Shown here piece after piece: positions 1-10,884 of a DNA stretch of 64,000 nucleotides (positions are counted from its first letter, which is position 1; each line of letters begins with the position of its first letter). Both the position numbers and the translations under genes were made by a program. Source of the stretch: Eledone cirrhosa (lineage: Eukaryota); the NCBI GenBank assembly GCA_964016885.1, contig OZ024749.1, positions 26,970,001 to 27,034,000 of the forward strand, given 5' to 3'. The notes below the pieces were generated by a model, which did not search any database, was not told where the DNA came from, and saw nothing but the letters and a program-made list of their open reading frames with translations.

Positions 1-179
1 CTCTTCGACAATAGCTTATCTGACTTTAATAGAAAGTGCTCCAGGTCCAATTCGAATACATGGTGCCCATGGCACATTCCATACTTGCCATACCCTAGTT
101 ACACCTCTGCTAACCACTAAAACATACATACAGTAATTCCTAAATAAAACAAAAACAGATCCAAAGATGAGGAACTTAC

Positions 180-260
180 CATTTTCTTCACTTCTCTACT
201 CCAAGTCTCTTTGATCTGTTTCCTTGCTTTATCATGGTCTGTTCGTCGTGCTGCAAGTGG
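180..260 (-). CDS. ARHGAP45: RhoGAP exon J: PLAARRTDHDKARKQIKETWSREVKKM
   Basis: ttccatag| ... |gtaagt, 81 nt, phase 0->0. Matches family PL..RR.EH.K.RK.IKE.W.R. The gene continues off-window. Confidence 0.92.
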
Positions 261-336
261 CTATGGAAAACAATGGTATGAAGACAAATAAGTAATTTTA
301 TCACCAAAACGTCCAGTTCTTCTTCTCAGATTCTTG

Positions 337-565
337 TTAACACTTTAGCATTTACATTACTCTATATTTCCTATTATATTTTCACAGTAAACGCTTTACC
401 TCACATAATTATCTCACATAATATCAAATCTATGAGATTTTGATATTATTTATTTTGAGAACAATACCTTAACATCAGTATGAGCAGCCGGTTACAGCGA
501 ATTTGAACAGAAAGAGGTGAGAGAATTCTAGGCGGATACAGATGGTTTATATGCTAAAGGGTTAA
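337..565. mobile_element. piggyBac-type MITE, about 230 bp. Other copies at about 9786-10002, 10177-10380, 13990-14191, 23542-23770, 37491-37905, 37606-37836 and 53933-54158
   Basis: TTAA target sites and TIR consensus CCCTTTAGCATT / AATGCTAAAGGG. Confidence 0.85.
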
Positions 566-659
566 CGAAATGTTTAAAGTACCCAGTCCACACTGTAAAG
601 TGGTAGTGCAGAAGTCACGACACACTGTATATGTGTTTGGTGTTAGGAAAGGCATCCAT

Positions 660-880
660 GGTCTTCTTTTCTTCACCCACTTATTCCTGAGAGTGTCTTG
701 GGGACAGAGTCCTCAAACACTCCCTCCAGCGGATCCTGTTAGAAGCAACCGTCTCCAACTGATCTGGCTGGATCCCCAAGCAAGACCAGCCAAGCTCATG
801 GATGTCATCGAACTATCTTGCTCGCAGTCTACCCCTGTTGGTCCTGAGGAAAGAATCGCTGGAAAGATTTTACAGGCAAA
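660..880 (-). mobile_element. Old RTE LINE 3' fragment
   Basis: Degenerate RT C-terminus DDIHELGWSCLGIQPDQLETVASNRIRWRECL. Confidence 0.6.
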
Positions 881-930
881 ACCAGAAACAAGGTAAATAA
901 TAAAATGGTAGAGTTTCAATATGGACTAAC

Positions 931-996
931 CTGTATAAACTTTTTGCTTTGCAATTCTGCTTGGGTCTTCTGGCAGGAAATGGCGTAATCAATGTC
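931..996 (-). CDS. ARHGAP45: RhoGAP exon I: DIDYAISCQKTQAELQSKKFIQ
   Basis: tcgtcaag| ... |gttagt, 66 nt, phase 0->0. Matches family LQ...F.QPL. Confidence 0.88.
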
Positions 997-1155
997 CTTG
1001 ACGAAGAAATAAATAAAGAGAGATTTAATAAAACACACAAAAACACACACACACAAAAACGGGCACACACTGAAACACAGTCAGATACGCATGTACACAC
1101 AGACACTGACAGACAGACCAACCGACCGTGTAAGCTATAATAATGTTGTACTCAC

Positions 1156-1200
1156 CATATTCAAAAGAAAACAGTAAACTGACTGCAGAGGGAGGAATGC
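1156..1200 (-). CDS. ARHGAP45: RhoGAP exon H: AFLPLQSVYCFLLNM
   Basis: ttttcaacag| ... |gtgagt, 45 nt, phase 0->0. Matches family .MPL.S.Y. Confidence 0.88.
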
Positions 1201-1341
1201 CTGTTGAAAAGAATGGCAATGTATGTAGAAGTTGAAGTTACTGACTACATCATGTCTGGATGGACAGACATACATATACATACACATATATAAATTTATA
1301 TATACACACACATATATAAATATATATATATATATATATAT

Positions 1342-1627
1342 GTAAATATCTTTAAGTCGTTTGGAAGCCTCGACAATGCAAATGGGTAAATCTCCGGGTA
1401 ACAAGGTCCGGTGGTGGAGAGAGAGATGTAAGTGGGTGTACGTTGAGATGCGTGGTGTGTATAAGATGTGTGAGATGTGTAGAATGAAGGGAAGAGTATA
1501 AAGGATAAAATAAAAATAACAACACAAGAGAGAGTTACCTTGGGAGAGATTTAATAGTCCCTATATATTTCGGATTCACATCCATCAACTGGGGTTTTTT
1601 TCCTGGGTGGGGGAAAAGGTTGTCTGT
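1342..1627 (-). repeat. PLE 3' pseudo-LTR
   Basis: Direct repeat of 4670-4955. Confidence 0.95.
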
Positions 1628-1916
1628 CGGACAAGTCCAGAACGCGTCCTTCGCTGTTTGGCTGTTTGTTGTTTTGAATATCTGAGGTATTCGGCAGAGC
1701 GCGCGTGCGCGTGAAATGGGGTCGGTCGTACAGAGGTCAGCGGCCAAATGAGGGAGTGGGATGGTGCTAGCTGTCAGTCCATTCTCTGCCTGTTTGTTAA
1801 ATGTTACTGTGTGTGTGTGTGCGTGTGTTGTTGTCTCGCTTGAGTGTGTGTGTGTGCGTGTGTTGTTGCCTTGTTCCTCTGTATTGGCAGTGTAGTATGT
1901 TCGTATGGTGGAATGC

Positions 1917-1947
<31 letters not shown>

Positions 1948-2038
1948 GTTGTCTCGTTCGCGTGTGTGTGTAGTTGTCTCGTTTGTGTGTGTGTGTGTGT
2001 GTGTGCGTGTGTTGTGTGTTGTTGCATCGCTTGTTAAC

Positions 2039-4656
2039 TTAAACCAGCCATCTCATTTCGCTTCTCTCTGATCGGTTGTTTATTTGCGGTTGCAGTCGTT
2101 TGATAAAAAGCGCTTCCTTGATACGTAACGTGCCAACGTTTCTTTCAGTCGCTAGAATTGTGACAATGGGCCTTCCGTCTTTGTTTCCGCATTTGTCTAT
2201 GTGTTTGTGGAAAGACGAGGCCCTGGTTTTAGTGTGTTCCTTGATCCGGATATGCAAAGGTCGAATTGTGCTACCTATGTAGTATTGGTTGCACCCATCA
2301 CATTCTATCTTATACACGACGTATGTGCGTAGGCAACAATTCGCATGGCGTATCGGGCAGTCTCTGAGGGAGCATGCGTCAGTAGATTTTTCGGGTTTCC
2401 TGGAAAGGCATCTTCGCAGGGAGGGGCCCGAGTGGGCCAGGTGGATGTCGAGGCCCTCCCTCCGTATAGCCTTGCGGATAGCATTGGTGGTTTTCTCGCC
2501 CAGCTGTGGTATTTTAAGGAAGCACTTGCCTTGGGTGCTTCTCTGTCTCTTGCGTCTGGTGTCTCCTATTCTGTCTGTGATCGAGGTAGGGTACCCATTC
2601 GTCTCCAGCACCTCGAGGAATCGCTTGGTATGAGTGACACCACTCGCGGGATCGCTGCATCTGTTTTTGATTCGCGCGATCTCGTTCGTGATGTATCCTC
2701 TTTTGGCACTGTTAGGGAGGGCGGACTTGTAGTGAACGAATAGGTCCCTGCAGGCTGCCTTTCGGTAGAAGTTGCAGTGGATCCTTCCCTGTTCCGTGAT
2801 GTTGATTCGGAAGTCGAGGAGGGCAAGTGGCCCGTCTTCGTTGGGGTGTTCAACACTGAAGTCAATGTTCTCGTCCGTGTTGTTGAACGTCTCATAGATT
2901 CTGTTCGCCGTGTCTTGGGAAGATGTGAGGATGAGGATATCGTCCACGTACCTTGAGAAAAAGGCTATGGCGTTGGGGTGGCAGGCGTTGAGTGCCTTGC
3001 GTTCGAGGTTGTCCATGTAAGAGTTCGCTAGCACACATGATAGGCTTGATCCCATGGGCAGTCCCGAGATTTGTTGGTATATTTGGTCAAGGAATCCGAA
3101 GTAGGTGTTGTCGACAACGATGGATAGGAGTTGGTGGATGTCAGTGGTGGTGAGCCCGAAGCAGTGTAGGTCAGTGGATTGGACGCGTTCCATTAGTATA
3201 TTGATGGCCGGGAGTGCCGGGACCGAGGTGTAGAGAGCGACTACATCAAAGCTGAAGGCATATCTGTTATTCCTTCTGGTGTCGGGATCCATTTGATGCA
3301 GGCGCTTCAACACCTCCTCGGAGCTGTTAACGTGTCCCGGCATGGTGTCTAAGATGGGTTTGAGTATTCTGGCTAGGAGCCATGAAATTTTGTAGAGTGG
3401 TCCCTCCACGCTCGATACAATGGGCCTGATCTTCAGGTCGGGTCCCTGTTTGTGTGTTTTCACGAGGTGGTAGAAGGCGGGTAGTCTGCTGTTCCTCGTG
3501 AGGAGGTTGTATCTCAGCTTCTTCGGGAGCTTCCGCCGGTCGCAGATGTTGGTCCAGGCGGAGTTGATGTGTTCTTCTATCTGCGCAGGAGTGATTCCCG
3601 TGACCTTGGAGTAGAGGTTGTCATCGTCAAGGTGTTGGAGGGCCAGGGTGTTGTAGGCCTCTCTGCTGATGACGCAGAATTCTTTTCCCTTGTCGGAGGG
3701 GAGATAGATGAGGTTCTTCGATTTTAGGTTGGAGAGAGTGGTGAGTTGAGATTTGGTGAGGTTATGTGTTGTGCGTGTATGTGTGTGTTTGTGAAGTATA
3801 TCCGAGATGGAGTGTTTTAGCCTGATGAGTTTAGTGTCGAGTTCGTGGTTGGTGGGTGGAGTGGGTTGTCGGGGCGGTAAGTGGGGAACTTGCGGTGGGT
3901 TGCGTTGGCGCTGTTATTTTCTGTGGCGCTGTTGATGGCGGTCACCCATTTAAGTTGGTAAGCGGCTCAACAAAAGTTGGCCTCGATGTTGAGTATGAGT
4001 CTGTCGTCGAGACGTTGTGTGACGATGAACTTAGGTCCGAGGTGTAGGAGTTTCAGTTCGTCGCTCGTGAGAGTGCCGGTTAGGTCGGTGACCAGGTGCG
4101 TCGCATCGTTGAGGTATGGCTCGGTGTTGGTGGTTGCGGCGGTGGCGGTTGTTAAGTTGTTGTTTTCCACGTGGTTCTGGTCCGTCTGTTCGTTAGTGTC
4201 GATGTTCTCGTTGTGGCGTTTCGACAAGATCCACTCATATTTTCGCTTGAGCCGTTTTTTCTCGTATTGGACTCTGGAGTGGTAGCACTGGTCGATTGCT
4301 TTAGTGATTTTTAGGAGCAAGTCCCCGGGTGCTATTGGCAGTCGATGTGTCCGCTCTGAGAGTGTCCGCTTATGGACGTGTAATTGGCGGTTGAGATGTC
4401 TCAGGATCTGTTTAATACACGTGCGATGTATGCAGTTAGTGGTGTTTTGGAAGGCTGGTGTACGTAGGCTTACTGGTAAGCGGATGTTCTTGATGGTGTT
4501 GGGGATGACATCGTTTTTTAGGCAGCGTTTCAGGAAAATAATTTGGCAGCCAGCGTTGGCCCATTTCTCCGACAGTCTAAACAGTTCCCTTACGGATGCA
4601 AACAATTCCTGGCTCAGGTGTAAGGATAAGAGAGTATTGAAGTTTGCTTGAAGCAT
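2039..4656 (-). pseudogene. PLE ORF (N-terminal domain, DKG motif, RT, GIY-YIG endonuclease), about 870 codons, disrupted
   Basis: Motifs PSDKG, FDVVALYTSV, GLPMGS, SRYVDD and VVYKIECDGC..YIGST..RIKEH. In-frame TGA at 3967-3969 (ANFC*AAYQLKW) and a frameshift near 3850-3880. The frame is open from there to 2039. Confidence 0.9.
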
Positions 4657-4669
4657 TGTGGAACAATAA

Positions 4670-4955
4670 GTAAATATCTTTAAGTCGTTTGGAAGCCTCG
4701 ACAATGCAAATGGGTAAATCTCCGGGTAACAAGGTCCGGTGGTGGAGAGAGAGATGTAAGTGGGTGTACGTTGAGATGCGTGGTGTGTATAAGATGTGGG
4801 AGATGTGTAGAATGAAGGGAAGAGTATAAAGGATAAAATAAAAATAACAACACAAGAGAGAGTTACCTTGGGAGAGATTTAATAGTCCCTATATATTTCG
4901 GATTCACATCCATCAACTGGGGTTTTTTTCTGGGGTGGGGGAAAAGGTTGTCTGT
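4670..4955 (-). repeat. PLE 5' pseudo-LTR containing a putative intron (4678-4866)
   Basis: Direct repeat of 1342-1627. CCAAG|GTAACT donor and cttaaag|ATATT acceptor lie just upstream of the ATG at 4656. Confidence 0.85.
4887..4922 (-). ncRNA. Atypical minimal hammerhead-like motif in the pLTR (second copy at 1559-1594)
   Basis: CCC-CAGTTGA-T-GGATgtgaATCC-GAA-ATATAT-A-GGG gives type I topology, but the core deviates from CUGANGA. Confidence 0.55.
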
Positions 4956-6445
4956 ACGGGGGGTACCCGTTGCCACCAGTCTGAGTCTGGTTAACAAATT
5001 TTTTGGAGTATCCCTTAATGCACAACCCCCCTTTCAGACACGTGTGATGCTCATTAGGACCTGACGCACACGGACCATGTTAGCTTTGATGATGTCATGT
5101 AATTCCTGGTCAGTTTCTGACCAAATCAAAATGTGAGTATGTGGCAGCCCTCGTTTTTGCCATTCGACGGTGAACATGTCACATTTTACAGCCCTAAATA
5201 CCTGACCTTTTTTATTAAAGCCATGAGTTTAGCCAGTTTCAGTCGGAACACTCTGGCAATGAGGTCATGTCTGTTCGAATAATTTTGCCCAGGAAAAAGT
5301 TAACGGGTTACATTCCGATTCATATGTCTATAGCATTAATCTGTTATATGAAGTGTTATTTTGCGGGTTGTTATTTGCAATAAGCCGATTGAAAATGCCC
5401 CAGATAAGCCGTATGTCAATACGGAACTCTCCACTGCAGTGTTGTCATATAGGGAGTGAAGAGCAACAGAGAGAGTAAAGCAGTTAAATTATAGAGAGAG
5501 GGAATATACGGAACGCTCCATTTGATCATATACATTGTTTCTCTCTCTGCAGTGTTGTCATATAGGGAGTGAAGAGCGACAGAGAGAGTAAAGCAGTTAA
5601 ATTATAGAGAGGGGGAATGATCATGATCGATTTTTGCCCTTAGTGTTGATTGATTTGAAATTTTTTTGCTTCATGACCTTCTCCTGACATCTGTTGCTTT
5701 TGAATATTTGTTATTTGATGTAAAATGTAAAGTGTGTAAAATGTAACATTGAGAGAGCAGTATTTAGTGTTATCGGCTTTTTAAATTTTGATGTATGAGT
5801 GTCACTTAGTTATCAAAGTTTTTTTCGCGTTCCCGAACGAAGAGGGGGGAATATTCTATTATAGAGAGAAGAGCGATGGAGAGAGTGAAGCTAGTGTTAA
5901 ACCTCGAAGCATGAAGAGAGTAAAGCAGTTAAATTATAAAGAGGCGGAATAATCTATTGTAGAGAGAGGGAAGAGCGACGGAGAGAGTAAAGCTATGGTT
6001 GTTGTATAAATCGATGTGTTGCTTAGGTTTCAAAGTTTGTGTCGCATTCCTTCAAAAGAAGTTTTGTCGTCGTTCTAAACTGTAGGGTAGTAGACGGAGG
6101 CAGTAACCTTTTAAAGAGAGTTGCAGAGGAGATTGAAAGTGGAGTAGAGGAAAGGATGAGCCTTTTAAAGAGAGTTGCAACATGTATGTAGTTTCATATA
6201 ATTTTGATGGTAGTAGTGAGAGGAATGAAGCGTGTAAGAGAGAGGGTTACAGCATGTATTTAGTTTTTTATCGATTTTTTTTTATAGAAGCAGGAAATTT
6301 TTGGCAAAAATAATTACGCGTTGACTTGCCCTGGTAAATTTGGAGCACATTGGGGAAAAAAATCATCAAAATCGGTAGAGAAATGTGGAAATGCATAAAA
6401 ATCATACACACCCACAGACAGACATTTACTGTTTTATATATATAT
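4956..6445 (-). mobile_element. Decayed Helitron 5' part with Rep (HUH) fragment at about 4956-5300
   Basis: Minus-strand translation RHDLIARVFRLKL...VEWQKRGLPHTHILIW...QTQTGGNGYPPY with frameshifts. Internal direct repeats at 5430-5990, and a Helitron-like 5' end tatataaaacagtaaatgtctgtctgt near 6440. Confidence 0.8.
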
Positions 6446-6627
6446 ATATATATCATCATCATCGTTTAACATCTATCTTCCACGCTAGCATGGGTTTAGA
6501 CGGGAATTGTCCCACTAGAGGCAAGATTGGTTGTCTTGCTCGTATAGGACTGTCTGGCAGGTTTTCTATATATATACATATACATCATATATACATATAC
6601 ATCATATACATATACATCATCATATAT

Positions 6628-6985
6628 GGAGGCACATGGTTTAGTGGTTAGAGCATTGGCCTTGCAATCGAAAGGTTGTGAGTTCAATTCTCAGACCAGG
6701 TGATGTGTTGTTTCCTTGAGCAAGACACTTTATTTCACATTGCTCCAGTTTACTCAGCTGTAGAAATGAGATGATAGGGACTGGGGTCCATATCATTCCA
6801 CTGCAAAGTGGTCGTGGAGGTGCCACGGCAAAAAAAAAAAAAAAGCACCCAGCACTCACTGTAAATGAGGTTGGTGTTAGGAAGGGCATCCAGCTGTAGA
6901 AATCAAGCCAGAATCAGTTCCCGTCCCACCCTTGCAAGCAGGGAAAAAGCGGACGTAAAATGAAATGATGAAATGATGATGATCA
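6628..6985 (+). mobile_element. tRNA-derived SINE family A. Other copies at 27265-27600(-), 29109-29451(+), 30122-30431(-), 36954-37296(-), 45185-45565(-) and 61727-62074(+)
   Basis: A box TGGTTTAGTGG, B box GAGTTCAATTC, CORE-like ccttgagcaagacactt segment, and a 3' tail nearly identical to the RTE at 48965-49030, ending in (GAT)n. Confidence 0.9.
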
Positions 6986-7527
6986 TCATCATCATCACCG
7001 TTTTACATCCGTTCTTCCACGCTAGCATGGGTTAGACGGGTTGTCCTGTTGTGGGCAGTATCCGGTCGGGAACTGATTCTGGCTTGACTTCTACAGCTGG
7101 ATGCCCTTCCTAACACCAACCTCATTTACAGTGAGTGCTGGCTGCTTTTTTCCGTGGCGCCTACACATCCACTTTACAGTGTGGGCTGGGTGCTTTATTG
7201 CCGTGGCACCTCCACGACCACTTTGCAGTGGGAGGGTGTGGGGTATATTGTCTATATATATATATATATCATCATCAACGTTTAACGTCCGTGTTCCACG
7301 CTTGCATGGGTTTGGACGGGGGTTTTCCCACTTGAGGCAAGAGTGATTGTCTTGCTCGCATAGGACTGTCTGGCAGGTTTTCTACAGTTGGATGCCCTTC
7401 ATAACACCAACCACATTTACAGTGTGGGTCTGGGAGGTTTTTACCGTGTTGCCTACACAGCCACATTACAGCGTGGACTGTGTGTTTTTTTGTCGTGACA
7501 CCCACACGATCTCATTTGTTTCGGCCT
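6986..7527 (-). mobile_element. Two adjacent RTE 3' UTR fragments (family 2 at 6986-7250, family 3 at 7268-7527)
   Basis: Homologous to the 3' UTRs at 42530-42850 and 43735-44000. Confidence 0.8.
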
Positions 7528-7589
7528 ATATATATATCTATATATATATATATTGTCTATATATATATATATATACATACATATTCATT

Positions 7590-7830
7590 ACAATGATAAG
7601 AACATTAGAAAATTGGGTATTATCCTTGTAGTGAATCTAAGTTTCAATTTCAACGGTACAATAATGATACATATTAGCTTCATGCTTGATATAGTAAGAA
7701 AAGAACTTTAACATTTCAGACTTTAGTCCTTCATTGGAAGATAGAATGAGAGTGATAGAAGAAAATAAAAATAGAAAGGTATATGAGAGTAAGAAGAAGA
7801 AGAATTGAAAAAAAGAATGTTTACAGGAGG
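7590..7830 (-). mobile_element. Degenerate PLE pLTR remnant with a mutated hammerhead (7706-7740)
   Basis: CTT-CCAATGA-AGGACtaaaGTCT-GAAATGTT-AAAG, related to the motif at 30598-30633. Confidence 0.5.
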
Positions 7831-7951
7831 AAAGCACATGTGTTTAGTCAGCCAGTTTATTATTTTAATAGAATCATTAAGGCAGTTTCTTGTGCATATA
7901 GAAAATAAAGTGAGGAAACATAGGTGAAAGAAAGGTAGGACCAAAACTTAC

Positions 7952-8016
7952 ATCTTCAATAATTGTTGATTTGGTGGTCTGGGCAAGACGGATGATATTC
8001 TTAGCAAAATCAGTTT
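7952..8016 (-). CDS. ARHGAP45: RhoGAP exon G: ETDFAKNIIRLAQTTKSTIIED
   Basis: ttctacag| ... |gtaagt, 65 nt, phase 1->0. F-BAR E..FAK motif. Confidence 0.92.
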
Positions 8017-8064
8017 CTGTAGAAAACAAAATGAACATGAAACCCCCAAAAAAGAAACAGTTGA

Positions 8065-8520
8065 TTATTGGATTGGACCAAGGAAACAATGTTTCCATTA
8101 GTCTTTCCATTGCTTATACTATCTGCCAGTTGTCAGATCAGACCAAGGAAACAATGTTTCCATTGGTCTTTCCATTGCTGATACTATCTGTTGGTCATCA
8201 GATTGGACCAAGGAAACAATGTTTCCATTGGTCTTTCCATTACTGATACTATCTGTTGGTCATCAGATTGGACCAAGGAAACAATGTTTCCATTGGTCTT
8301 TCCATTACTGATACTATCTGTTGGTCATCAGATTGGACCAAGGAAACAATGTTTCCATTGGTCTTTCCATTACTGATACTATCTGTTGGTCATCAGATTG
8401 GACCAAGGAAACAATGTTTCCATTGGTCTTTCCATTACTGATACTATCTGTTGGTCATCAGATTGGACCAAGGAAACAATGTTTCCATTGGTCATCAGAT
8501 CGGATCAAGGAAACAATGTT
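8065..8520. repeat. 65-bp tandem repeat, about 6.5 copies
   Basis: Unit cagattggaccaaggaaacaatgtttccattggtctttccattactgatactatctgttggtcat. Confidence 0.95.
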
Positions 8521-8769
8521 ATCATTCATATAAAGGAACATAGCACAGTAGTGAGGGTGTTGGACATACAATCATAAGTTTGTGGGTTTGAATACTGAAC
8601 CAGGACACAGGTGTTCTTGAGCTAAATACTTTTTTTCATGTTACTCCATCTGACAGGAATGGCAAATATTATCAACAATAGAAATAGTGTGTCCGTGAAA
8701 GACAGGAATCCTACTTAAAATCTCCCAACATAATTTTACATAAAAACAATCTGTTAAATTACTATCTTA

Positions 8770-9177
8770 ATAATTGTTTTTACTTTTGGCACAATGCCAG
8801 CAATTATTCCAGTACATTACTGGTACTTTATTTTATCGACCCCCTAAAGATGAAAGGCAAAGTTAACCTCGACGGGATTTGAACTCAGACCGTAAAGGGA
8901 CGTAACTATGCTGGAAAGCATGGCGTCCGACCCTCCACCGATACTGCCAATTCACTGCCCTTTATTATATTAATTACTATATTAATAATTATTTCTACTT
9001 TTGGCACAAGGCCAGCAATTAACCAGTGAATTACTGGTACTTTATTTTATCGACTCCGTAAGGATGAATGGCAAAGTTAACCTCGGCGGGATTTGAACTC
9101 GGAATGGAAAGGGGCGTAACTCTATGCGTCAAAGCATGGCGCCCGACCCTCTACCGATACTGCCAATCCACCGCCCT
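8770..9177 (-). mobile_element. Two tandem copies of tRNA-derived SINE family B (about 190 bp). Other copies near 14420, 23783, 25057, 39140, 39914, 40217, 40550, 49045, 49338, 51870, 53117, 55950, 56628, 57000 and 63004
   Basis: A box TGGCAGTATCGG, B box GAGTTCAAATCC, conserved gcctttcatccttacggggtcgataaaataaagtaccag block (Meta-domain-like, from recall) and (ATT)n tail. Confidence 0.88.
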
Positions 9178-9242
9178 CTATATTAATAATGAAATGATTT
9201 TAGTAAACCCCTCAAAATTCTTCATTAATTAATTGAAATAAA

Positions 9243-9523
9243 CAAATACCGAGGGTTGTCCGGCCACTTCCTCTTCATACCACTCACTGTTGAGACCTCA
9301 GGCTTACTTGGACCCGGTGTGAAGAAGAAGCTCCGGGAGGTGGGGTGGCTGTTGCAGCAGGTGTTGCTGGCCATTATCCGCGGGAATGCTTTTGCAACCT
9401 TTTGCAGCCCCAATACCACCACTCATTAGGCCTAGAGCCCATCACCCTCTCCCCTCCCATTCTTCTGTGACCCTAGAGCCCTTCCCTTTCTCTTCCTTTT
9501 CAGTTTTCATAACCACAAAAGAC
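9243..9523 (+). mobile_element. 5'-truncated CRE-like (RLE) non-LTR element with a 16-bp TSD
   Basis: Translation KYRGLSGHFLFIPLTVETSGLLG...AIIRGNA. TSD aattaattgaaataaa at 9227-9242 and 9524-9539. Confidence 0.75.
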
Positions 9524-10725
9524 AATTAATTGAAATAAAGAGTATTTCATTAGAAATACACAAATGAAAGAGTTAAATACTTATTAGCAGCACACTGCAA
9601 GTCTCTCTTTAATTTTGATCTCTTGAAAGAAACTCATGGACAGATTGTTGTGAAAATTTGCAGTAAACTAATGTCTTTAATCTTCTGGGCGCTCTAGGCA
9701 ACTTATGTCACCAATAATCTCCCCCTTAATACATAATGCAGTGCCAAGGGAAGTAATTCATTAAAAAAATTCAGTGTATTAAAGGTTACCCTTTAGTGTT
9801 CAAACCGACCAAAACCAGCCAGAATTCTCTACCTCTTTCTGTTGAAACTGGCTGTAACTGGTCGCTCAAACTGATGTTAAGGTATTGTTCTCAAAATAAA
9901 TACTTTCAAAATCTCATAGATTCGATATTATGTGAGATAATTAAGCCTTTACCATTAAAATATAGTAGTAATTATAGAGTAACGTGAATGCTAAAGGGTT
10001 AATTTTAAATGTGATGTAGTCACCGTGTTGTTTTCTACTTTTTTTGTTTTGTTTACTAATATGCTGGATAATCTAACTGCATAGAAGTTTTTCACCTCAC
10101 TATATTAAATATGTCAGGCATTAAAGTACACGTATATGAAAGATTGCATTCACACCACAATTATTCTTTTCAAATATTAACCTTTTAACATTTACATTAT
10201 TCTATATATACTATTGTATTTTTACAGTAAACACGTTATCTCACATAATATCAAATCTATGAGATTTTGATATTTATTTTGAGAACAATACTTTAACATA
10301 AGTATCCGCAGCCGGTTATAGCTGGTTTGAATAGAAGGAGGGGAGAGAATTCTGGCCGGATATGGCCGGTTTAAATACCCAAGCAAAAAAAGGGGTCTTG
10401 TTAATGTTGTTTCATGTGGTTTGTTAATTCAAAGGTTTATAGCAACATTATTTACAGATAAGTCATTAGAAAAATTTTTCATATAATACAGTCATAGTAT
10501 AGTTTTATAATTTTCAAGTGTCTTGCTAATGTGGCTACATGTGGTACAGGGCATTTAGAGTTAAATATTGTAGGGGCCTCTGGTTAAAACCTAGTCAACC
10601 TCCTACACAATAACCTTCACCCCACCCTGGCCCTTCATCTGCTAAATATGATGGTGTATCAGATTTAAAAATAAGAGAGAGAGAGACAGACAGACAGATG
10701 AGAAACTGTTAATTTGTTTACATAC

Positions 10726-10863
10726 CAAACTGTGCCTTCTTATCAATATAATTAATTATGTCTTTGAGGTATTTTGACCAAGCTTTGGCCTTCTGTAAGG
10801 CTTCCTCCATGCCAGAATCAAGTTGTCGCAGAATCGCATTCACTTCATCAGGCCCCATTACAT
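10726..10863 (-). CDS. ARHGAP45: RhoGAP exon F, start of F-BAR/FCH: VMGPDEVNAILRQLDSGMEEALQKAKAWSKYLKDIINYIDKKAQF
   Basis: ctcacag| ... |gtatgt, 138 nt, phase 1->1. Typical FCH pattern G...AL..AK.WSKY.KD...Y..K. Confidence 0.93.
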
Positions 10864-10884
10864 CTGTGAGAGAAAGAAAATCAG

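Larger units (their letters stand above)
1342..4955 (-). mobile_element. Penelope-like retroelement (PLE), near full-length, with partial-tandem pseudo-LTRs
   Basis: RT plus C-terminal GIY-YIG ORF flanked by 286-bp direct repeats (1342-1627 and 4670-4955, about 3 differences). The 3' end runs into (TA)n. Confidence 0.95.

Noticed and set aside
3967-3969. In-frame TGA as selenocysteine, as reported for Naiad PLEs
   Set aside because: The position fits an Arg CGA->TGA CpG decay in the N-terminal domain, the copy also has a frameshift, and I found no SECIS-like hairpin.
6628-6700. tRNA genes (also at SINE B heads)
   Set aside because: These are SINE heads with A/B boxes, no complete cloverleaf, and continue into the SINE body.
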